From Candidatus Aenigmatarchaeota archaeon (GTDB taxonomy: Archaea; Aenigmatarchaeota; Aenigmatarchaeia; QMZP01; QMZT01), in assembly GCA_026397315.1 (NCBI GenBank), contig JAPLVC010000004.1, forward strand, positions 32,001 to 96,000: DNA of 64,000 nucleotides, written 5' to 3'. How positions within the stretch are numbered: the first letter of the stretch is position 1; each line of letters opens with the position of its first letter. Shown one piece after another: positions 8,998-19,300 of the stretch. A program made the position numbers and the translations under genes. The notes below the pieces were generated by a model, which made no database searches, was not told where the DNA came from, and was given only the letters and a program-made list of their open reading frames with translations.

Positions 8998-9360
8998 CTA
9001 AAGCTTTTCCTTCCCGGACTTCAGCGTGCCCGAGACGCGCACGGTCTGGAATATCGCCTTCGAATCGCCTATCTGGCGGACGAGCGCTAAAGCGAACTTC
9101 ACGTCGTCCACGTATTTGTGCGAGCACTGGATGACGCCTTCCCTGTCGCTCCACAGGTTGCGGATGACCCACGGCTTCGCCTTCGCCATGCCGCTCTCGC
9201 CCATCCAGCCGAGCATCGAGCCCATGATGGCATTGCGCGCTTCGGAAAAATCGAGCCTCATGCTGGACTGGATCCTGAAGAATACGTATCGTTTCCGCTC
9301 GACCTGGCTGGGCATGTGCTTCAGCCTCGACGGCTTCTTTGCATGCGTCTTTTCGGCCAT
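8998..9360 (-). CDS. RNase P protein component Pop5/Rpp14 family
   Basis: RKRYVFF..GVIQC..VKFAL..VSGTLK. Confidence 0.9.
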   Translation of the reverse strand: MAEKTHAKKPSRLKHMPSQVERKRYVFFRIQSSMRLDFSEARNAIMGSMLGWMGESGMAKAKPWVIRNLWSDREGVIQCSHKYVDDVKFALALVRQIGDSKAIFQTVRVSGTLKSGKEKL

Positions 9361-9396
9361 GTTTGATTATTCTCCTCCGTTGTTATTATATTGCAT

Positions 9397-9425
9397 ATAT
9401 AATCTGTAATATAATCTGTAATATA
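9397..9425. repeat. 12-bp tandem repeat (ATATAATCTGTA x2.4) in a divergent promoter region
   Basis: Direct reading of 9397-9408, 9409-9420 and 9421-9425. Confidence 0.8.
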
Positions 9426-9503
9426 TAATTAGGGGTTTGTTCCTACTTATGAGTATTTAAAACCTATCTACATATAAAAAGTATCAAAAATAATTACTTA
9501 GGA

Positions 9504-9971
9504 GTGTTAAAAAAGCAACAATTTAATTTGATGAAATTTCCAGAGGACTTTTATATGATCGCTGCCGATTACAGGGAGCCGGTGAACCTGGACTCGATTG
9601 AAATCAACCTTACGGCGAGCATGATATGCTCCAACATGAACCGCCTCTGCATACTCTACCTTCTCAAGAAATCTGACAAAAACTGCATGCAGGCCGAGAA
9701 GATCGCCTCGACTCTTGGAATCTCGCACCGCACTGTTCTTTACCATCTTGACATTCTCAAGGACTACGGCCTGGTCGAGGTAAGAGAGTTCAGAAAAAAG
9801 GGTGCGAAGCTGCTGCGTTCCGTGTGGGGACTCAGCGAGGAGAACGGGACCAGCGTCGAAAAGGTATTCGGCCGCATCTGCAAGAAATTCGACATTAAAG
9901 AGATAGAAAAAATGCTCGGCGAGAACTGCGGTGCCACACTATCCAGGAAAAGAAACCCGATGGACAACTAA
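9504..9971 (+). CDS. ArsR-like winged-helix transcriptional regulator
   Basis: NRLCILYLL..IASTLGISHRTVLYHLDILKDYGLV. Confidence 0.85.
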   Translation: MLKKQQFNLMKFPEDFYMIAADYREPVNLDSIEINLTASMICSNMNRLCILYLLKKSDKNCMQAEKIASTLGISHRTVLYHLDILKDYGLVEVREFRKKGAKLLRSVWGLSEENGTSVEKVFGRICKKFDIKEIEKMLGENCGATLSRKRNPMDN

Positions 9972-10055
9972 GATAAAATCATCCAAGCCAGTCTAATTTT
10001 CATGCAAGCCTCATTTTAGTTCTAAAATATTATCGGGCACAAGCGGCTTGGTATC

Positions 10056-10076
10056 AAACCAGTTTCATACTGGTTT
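10056..10076. promoter_or_regulatory. Palindrome AAACCAGT-N5-ACTGGTTT, candidate operator upstream of the giant gene
   Basis: Perfect 8-bp inverted repeat in the ~350-bp intergenic region. Confidence 0.45.
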
Positions 10077-10324
10077 CAAATAACCTACAACCATCCCGGG
10101 AATTTTTTTCATGGATGTTTTATTTTCCTATTTGTGAGTGAATACACTTTTTGCAACATTTTTCTTGGAACAAAGTAGGTTTATAAACGTTTCGAAAATT
10201 TTCGGTAAGTATATAAAGATTCATCCGAACGTCAAAGCAATGCATGAACTTTTAGTACACGATTTAGCAGGTTTTGAGTTAGAGTTTTATAATATAGAAA
10301 AGGATTTTTGGTGAGGTGAGTCAG

Positions 10325-13300
10325 ATGAATACGAATAAGATGAAGGCATACGTCGGCGCCGTAGGCGCGACGAAACTGACTGCCATAATCGTTATGGCTT
10401 GTATTCTGGGGGTTTTCGCTGTCTCGATGGCTAGCGTTTTTGCCGAATCCAATGCTCAAATCTACACAACGGATATCGAAGGTATAGCGAAATTAGATTT
10501 CACCCCTGATTCAATAGTATATATACACGGCACGAGTTTCTCACCTAACTCGTCAATAAGCATCACCCTCACCAGGCCAGGCCAATATTCATATTCAGAA
10601 TCCTGTGGTCCAGAATATTGCGATATATCGAACATTTTTGGCGGTCCACCTGAAATAGAAACAGGTTTCGACGCACCACAGACCTCGAATGAAGAGGGAG
10701 ATTTCGTTTATAGATATGACTTAGACGGTATAGTCGGAGAATACACAGTCACAGTCACCGATGGCGCAGATGTAAAGACTTTTGTTTTCACCGACGCGAG
10801 AAATATTAACTGGGCCAAATTGAACGGAACAAGTACTGTAACAGTTCTACCCAGCACTAGCATCACAGCTTCTGTGAATGTTACAACAACCAGTACAGAT
10901 CATGACTGGAAATGCACAAAATATAAAATAGAGGGTGGAAGTAACATCACTGTAAATCACGGAAACCATTATGGACAAGGTACATACATAGAATCATTTT
11001 CTATAACAGCACCTGCGACACCTGGCATCTATGATGTCAGTTTTTGGGCCTTTGATGATAATGATTGCACAAGTGGCCAAAGTATTGAAAAGAAATTGGT
11101 AGATGGCATAACAGTCACATCACCTGCTATTTGCGGTAATGGTGTAAAAGAAGGCTCTGAAGGATGCGACGATGGTAACACAGCAAATGGCGATGGTTGT
11201 AATTCCGGTTGTCAAGTAGAAACTGGATGGGCATGCACAGGGACACAGCCGAGTGTTTGCACTCCTGCCTGTGGTAATGGTATTATAACTTCACCTGAAA
11301 CCTGCGACGATGGCAACACGGCCAGTAGTGATGGATGTAGCAATGTTTGTCAGACAGAGAATGGCTGGACGTGCACAGGCACTCCAAGCGTTTGCACTGT
11401 AGCAAACCAGAATCTTACGCAGTCCTGCGGCATAGACATGGCGCTTGTGATAGACGTTTCCGGCAGCATAGACAGCACAGAACTTGCACAGATGAAGACG
11501 GCTCTTAATAGTTTTGTTGACGCATTCCTTCCGAACACACCGACGAAAATAGCTGTCATCAAGTTCGATACGACAGCAACAGTTATTCACGCATACTCAA
11601 ATGATGCCACATCCCTGAAGAACGCCATTAATGGCGCAAGTGGCGGTGGATACACCAACTGGCAGGATGCTCTTCTTGACACCCATTCATTGTATGACCA
11701 CAGGATTGACAAGCCTGATTTGTACGTTTTCGCTTCTGACGGAGAACCGAACAGATACGGCGACCCGGCAGTAAGTGCCACGACACCTGTAGCTGTCGCA
11801 CACGCTGTTACTGAAGCGAACCACATAAAACTTCACGGCATCAGAATAATAACGCTTGGAATAGGAACAGGAGGCAGCTCATCTCTTATAAACAACCTCA
11901 AGGCGATTTCAAGCAATGACGCTTATTACGACACGAATTTCGAAACTATTGCAGATGACCTCGCCGACCTTGCCAACGATTTGTGCGGCGGGACAATAAA
12001 CGTCCAGAAATTCGTTGACGGCAACACCGCTGCCGACTGGCAGTTCGCTGTCACTGGCGGAACTTCGAACCCACCGTCAGGTTACACAGGAACTGACGGC
12101 TTTATCACTTTTGACATAGACACCAGCGGCGGAAATGCGACCGTCAGCGTGACGGAAACAGTACAGAACGGTAATAGTTTCACGAGCGCCCACTGTTATA
12201 GTGATTCGCAGCACCAGAACGAAGTCGGAACACCGGGACAGGGAACAGTGGTCAGCATACAAGTCGGTGCGAACGACGCGATTTACTGCGAGTTCAACAA
12301 CCACCACAACGTTTGCTCTGAATACTCGACAGAAGGCAGCTGCAACGCGCAGACTGGCCTTTGTACATGGTGCCCGCAGTGTAATCAGCATCATCAATGG
12401 AGTAGCCTGCTTGGCGGAGACCAGTGCGTCCCTGCAGGTGCATGCCCGAACCCCTACACATGTGAATACGGGGAATGCGGCGCCGAATGCGAAGATGACG
12501 AAAGACCTTGCACGGCATACTGCGACCAGAGTCTGAATTATTATGGGGCAGGAATTTGCGGAAATGATTGCACCTGCAATTATCCATCACCAACTCCCTG
12601 CGACGATGGTGACAAATGCACGACAGACGGATGTAGTAATGCTAATGGATGCGCACCACATGAACCAGTCGACTGCAACGACAATAATATATGCACGATA
12701 GATTCATGCGACCCATCAGTCGGCTGTTCTAACGTAAGGATACCTACCGAAACTTCTTGCACCGACCAGATAGACAACGATTGCGACGGCAAGACAGACT
12801 GCGCTGACACCGATTGTGCGGGAACTCCTACATGCTTCTACCAGAGACCGTGCGATGCCCCAACCGATATCTGTCAATGGAACAAAGTTCTTCCGCTTGG
12901 CTCAGAGAACTGCTGCGGCTGCAATCTCGGTTTCAATACCTATTGGCCGCTTAACACTCAAGCAAGCGCAGAATGCACTTTCACTGCTGATGCAAACATG
13001 AAACAGAAACTTTACATCTCGGTGAACAACGATGTGATAAGATGCACGCTTAACGGAAACGTAATTTTCGAAAACCAACAGCACGAAGGCTGTGCGGAAA
13101 TAAATCCTAGAAACGGTTATACCGTTCCTATTAGTCCGACTGCCGGTGTAAACACAATAATTTGCGAAATAAATGACAGAGGTTCGATGACGCACTTCGA
13201 TGCATGCGTTGTTGAAAAACAATGTTTTAACAACGCTGATTGTGACAATGGTTTATACTGCGACGGCATTGAATATTGCGATCAAAACAATCAGTGTCAG

Positions 13301-16300
13301 CCAGGAACTCCTGCTGACTGTTCAGACCAATTTTTCTGCACCGTTAATGAAAGATGTGAAGAAGGAACGAGTACATATGAATGTTTATCTGACCCACTTG
13401 ACTGCTCCGGAAACGACATCCAAGGAATAGCGACTTGCACGAACGACCCTGACAACTACGCATGGACTTTTGATTTCAGAAGCCTCTTCACAAGCATCTG
13501 CGATGACGATAACAATGTTTGTACGAGTGGTAGTGAAGACATATCACACACATGCGCAGATGCTAATGCGACCGACGGCGGACCGGTTATTCTGCCTCAG
13601 GGAGGCGTGAGCACATGCACGGCTGAGTGCGATAGCTATGGAACGGAATGCCAGCCGTACCTTAACCCAGCGAATGATTATTGTTATTACAATGGACAAT
13701 GTAACACGAATCCGACAGTATGCCAGTGTGCTTATTCAGGCGTGCCATGCCCGGACCCTGGTTACATAGATGAAAATAGGATCTGCCACTATGGCGAGAG
13801 ATCCTGCACCGCAAACGGATGTGTTTATCGATACAACGACCCAATGGGCTGCAAGGACATCTGCGATCCGGTTTTGGGACCGCAGGACACGACAGGCCCG
13901 ATCACCGACATTCTTAAGATAACGCCGAACCCGACTTGCGGTAAGATAAGCTTCAACGCGACCATAACCGAGAACTGCACCAACATCTCGGACGGACTAT
14001 ATGCGATAGATATTGGGATAGATTTCTGCCCGTTTCCGGGTTACGGAGGCTATCAGGTTCTTCCGCTTGACGACAGCTCATATGATGGAGACAAAATGCA
14101 GGAGCTTGTAGGCAAGATTAACCTGATGCTGACGGGCTACAACGACGGACGCCACACCCTTTACGTCAGGGGCAAGAACACTGACGGCACATGGGGCAAC
14201 TGCGATTCATACGGCTTCGCCTTGGACACTCTGGCGCCCGCGACAGAATCGCAGAGCATAACGCCCAACATGGCGTGCGGCAGCAATCCTTACTTCGTAG
14301 CGAGAATTTGCGACCCATTCAACGAGTCAGGCATGTGCGGCGCGGAATACTACATAGATGATTTCACACAGGGAAACGGCGAAGGAATACCGATGTACCC
14401 GGTCGACGGACAGTGGAACGACGCATGCGAGTACGTTTACGCGTGGGTTGACATAAGCCAGGTTTCTGAAGGGACGCATTACATAAAGGCTCACGGCATT
14501 GACTGCACAGGATGCAACTGGGGCAAAATTGAGAACTTCGCTCCGGTATGGTTCATAAAAGACACTGTAGCTCCGGTATCGACAAAGACTGTCGGAACGC
14601 CGAAGATACAGTGCAGCAGCGACGTGGGAGAGTGCTGGTTCATAACCCAGGGCACTGAGATAACCATGAACGCCCAGGACTCTGATCCGGGCTTCGGCGA
14701 ATACTCAGGAAACCTGAACATATCTTCGCACTACCCGTACTACCAGGGATACGTTAACATTTATTACAGACAGAGATGGAAGGAGAACTACGATTCAGAA
14801 GAGTGGGGAACGTGGAGCAGCTGGACTCTTTACACGGGTCCGTTCAAGTTCACGGAAGACTCACTCCACGAGATAGAGTACTACTCTACGGACGCCTGTG
14901 CCAACAACGAAACATCGAAATTCGAGCTTGACATAGTCGACACTCAGCCACCCGAGACCGCAAAAGACGTCTTGGGCCCGAAAGTCGCAGGCGACGGCAA
15001 CCCGATACACTACTACATAACAGATGACAGCACGATAAAACTTACATGCACAGACCCGCAGCCTCACCCGGTAGACCAGGTCACTCTTAACTGGGCGGTT
15101 TACTACAGTGAGAACTGCACGAACCCGACATGGAGCAGCGAGCCGATAATGAGCGGCCATGAGCAGGGCGGCTACAAGGAGATAACGAACCTTCAGGACT
15201 CGTGCCACAAGATTGTTTACAGCTGCGTCGACGCGCTCAACAACGTTGAAACAGAGCACGTCGAGATAGACGCGGTCGACAACAAGTATCCGCTTGTAGA
15301 AAAGGCGGTAGACGAGCCGAAGGTGCCATACACACTTCCCATCCAATACATGGGCACGGAACCGTTTGATGTGGCAGACCAAGCATGGTATGTCAACCAG
15401 AACACGCTGATAACGCTGACATGCACCGACCAGCTGCCTCATCCGGTCGACGATGTCAAGATATACTACAAATATTATGTGGACGGCGTGCAGCATCAGA
15501 ACTGGACGGAATACACCGCACCATTCACATACAACGAGGACACGTACCACAATCTCTACTACTACTGCGTTGACGCCCTTGGAAACAAGGGACCGACGCA
15601 CGTCGAATTGGACGTGGTTGACACGCAGGCTCCGACCTCGGTGAAAACGCTGACAGGCGCGAAGCACGCATGCACACCTGAAGAGGCGAGCATGTACGGC
15701 ATAGCGGACTGCTCGTTCATAACGCACGACACAAAAGTCGAGCTGTCCTGCACCGACGGCAACCCGCACCCGGTTGATGACGTCGAGCTTCACTACAAGA
15801 TTGAGTGGAAGCTGAACTGGGAAGGCAGCTGGCAGACCCTTAGGGACCAGACAGTAGAAGACAATTACACGAGCTTCTACTACGAGGATCTTCCGGTAGA
15901 ATACCAGGATTCGTTCCACAAGCTCACTTGGTACTGCGTAGATGCGCTTGACAACACGGAGAGCCAGCACGTAGAATTGGACATTGTTGATACACAGGCG
16001 CCGCAGACCGTGAAGACGGTCTCGATGCCGAAATACGCAGGCCCGATAGGCAGCGGCATAGACTACTACATAACCAAGGATACTGTAATCAATCTGACAT
16101 GCACAGACGGCAACCCGCACCCGGTTGACCATGTAACCCTTAACTGGAAAATTTACTGGAGCAGCGAATGCGGACCAAACGCTGTCTGGAGTATAGATCC
16201 GATAGCAAGCGGTGCAGAGGGAGACGGCAACGTTCTGATAACCAACCTCGGCGATTCATGCCACAAGCTTGTCTACAACTGCGTCGACCAGCTCGGCAAC

Positions 16301-19300
16301 GCTGAAAACACACAGGTCGAGATAGACGCGGTCGACAACCAGGCGCCAATCGGAACAAAGAACGTTGGCCAGCCTAACGTGCCCTGCGTCGGCGAAGTAG
16401 AATGCACGCAGTTCGACTACTGGGTTCGTGACCACGTCACGACGGTAACGCTTGACTGCACCGACGCACAGCCGCATCCGATCGGCGGAGAGCTGATGTG
16501 CTACAAGATGGGCTACGACGTCCCAGCGACGCCAGACCTTACACAGCAATATTGCACGCAGTTCGGCGGCAAAATGGAAGCTGACGGATACTGCTGCGTA
16601 GACGTCGATGGCAGCAAGAACTATGTATTCAATTTCACGGAAGATTCCGTGCACACACTGGGTTACTACTGCAAGGACGCATTCGGAAACGCCAACGGCC
16701 TTGACACGGAGACGTTCAAGGTAGACTCGATCGCTCCTAACACAACAAAGACTTATGAGGGACCGTTCTACACCGATGGCAAGTCAGACTGGATAGACAC
16801 CGTATCAACGGTAAAACTTACTGCAACTGATGGCGGAGAGATATGCCACGTAGACGGCACGACCACATACTACGCGGTCACACAGGTGAACGAATCGTTC
16901 TGCTACGATCCGGCAGCGAACTGCCAGCAGATGCACACATACGAGCAAGGCGTCTGGAACACATACACTAGCGCATTCCCGGTCGCTGAGTCATGCCACC
17001 TGATAGAGTTCTACAGCGTGGACGTGCTCGGCAACAAGGAACCGATAAAGCACCAATGCGTGTTCTCAGACCACACAGCTCCAGCCACAAACAAGACTTA
17101 CGGAACACCGCTAGTGGAAGCTGTCACAGGAGGTTATCCGAAGTGGATAACTTCAGCGACACCGATAACCCTTACAGCTGAGGACCAGCTGCCGCACCCG
17201 TCCGGACTGAAAGAAACAAAGTACAGGGTGACGCTTGTGAACGACCTGAACTGCTACGAAGCGTGCAATGCAGAAAGCATCGGCGCATGGAACACCTACA
17301 CGGTGCCGTTCACAATCACGGAAGACTCCTGCCACATGATAGAGTACTTCAGCATAGACAACGTCCAGAAGACCGAGCCGGTCAAGAAGCAGTGCATATT
17401 CGTGGACAACAAGGCGCCGATATCGAACAAGACGTTCGACGGCTTCAACGTCCCGTGCAGCGAACTGACTTGCAGGACTGAAGGCAGCTGTGATTACTAC
17501 ATAAACCAGAACACGAAGATAATACTCAGCTGCACCGACCAGCTCCCGCACCCGGTCGACGACGTCAAGATATACTACAAATACACTGTTGACGATCAGC
17601 CACACGAATCATACTCGGACTGGACGCTATACACTGCTCCAATACAATATAATGAAGATTCGAAACACACTCTCGAATGGTACTGCGAGGACGCCCTTGG
17701 AAACAGGGAGCAGACTCACACCCAGATAGAGAGAGTAGACACAACACCTCCGACGACAGTCAAGACGTTCAGCAAACCGACATACCCTGAAGATTTGAAC
17801 CAGAACGGAACAATAGACAACGAGCAGGAACAGAATTACTGGGTCACTTCGGACACTGCGATAACGCTGACCACGACTGACGGCGGACCAATATGCGCAG
17901 CAGGCTCTTCAAAGCTTTACTACACGGTAAAGTGGGACAAGAACTGCGACGGCGACTTCAATGATTTCGGCGAAGTCGTGATAAATAATCAACACGTGCA
18001 TGTGAACGCAACCACGTGCGAACTCAAGAAGACCTTGTATCTGGAAGGCGAGTGCCTGCATGAGATAAGATGGCATGCAGTCGACGCTCTTGGAAACGTT
18101 GAAACAGAACACGTGCAGCAGCACAAGGTCGACAACAGTCCTCCGCACATACTGATACTTAAGCCGGTCGACGGCTGGTATTCGAAGGGCGAGGACATAC
18201 CCGCGATAGCTGAAGTCAAGGATCTCAACAGTGCGGACAGCCCGTGCGAGCAGTTCAGGAACAACTGCAACGAGCTCGGCGAGAACTGTGCGGTAGGCAT
18301 CGAGGACGGAGCGCAGTGCTACGCCTTCCTTGTGAACCTTGAGTTCCTTAACATGAACCCGATGGAAATATTCGACCTGAGCGACGTGACGAGATATAAT
18401 CTCGAAACGAACGGAACGCTCCTTTACAATGCGGCAGCGCAGGAATGCCAGGGCTATGCAGTAATCCCCGAGAACAGCGACGTGCAGAGCGGCATCCACA
18501 TATTCGTCGTCGAAGCTGAAGACAGCCTCGGCAACTACGCCAACAGCATCGACGAGATAAGGCTTGCGATAGACCAGGCATGCGGCGGCGGCTGCTGGAG
18601 CAGCGACCCGTACGACCTGTGCGAGCCACAGTGCGTTGAGGACGTCCTTCAGGACATAATAACGACATGGAACCTGCCGAAGATAGGCATAGACACGAAC
18701 GCACCGGAAGTTGTGATAACGGCACCGGTTGACACAGAGGGCTATTACGTTGACAAGGGACAGCTTGCTGTCTCGGCTGACGTGACCGAGTCCGGCATAA
18801 CGTGCGCGATAACTTCAGGCACGCCGTGCTACGTGAAAATCGACGGGACATCAATCGGAACTCTGTACTATGATAATAACGAGAAGGAATGCACTGGTAC
18901 GCTTGTGGTGCCCGAGGATGTGCCTAACGGCATGGAAGTTCCATTGACAGTCGAAGTCTCCGACAACTGCGGCAACATCGGAAAGGGAGTGGTTTATGTC
19001 ACGGTTGACACCATGAACCCGGCACCGGTGATACTTGCAGCGGAGGACGTCGAGAACCCGCCATACGACACTGATGGCAACTACGACCTTGTATGGACTG
19101 GCGGAACCGACACGAACTTCAAACAATTCGATATAGTAATAGATGGCACGACCTACTACGACGTGACGCAGCCTTACGAAGGCCTTTCGGCCGAGGGCAG
19201 GCACACGTACAAGGTCATCGCTACCGACGAAGTCGACAAGATTGCAACTTCCAACGAAGTGGTAGTCTGGGTCGACACTGTAGCACCTGGACTGGACGTG

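Noticed and set aside
14560-18140. Near-identical repeats as a possible DGR template/variable pair or CRISPR array
   Set aside because: The differences I compared are synonymous and not adenine-specific, the repeats are in-frame protein domains, and there is no reverse transcriptase or cas gene in the window.
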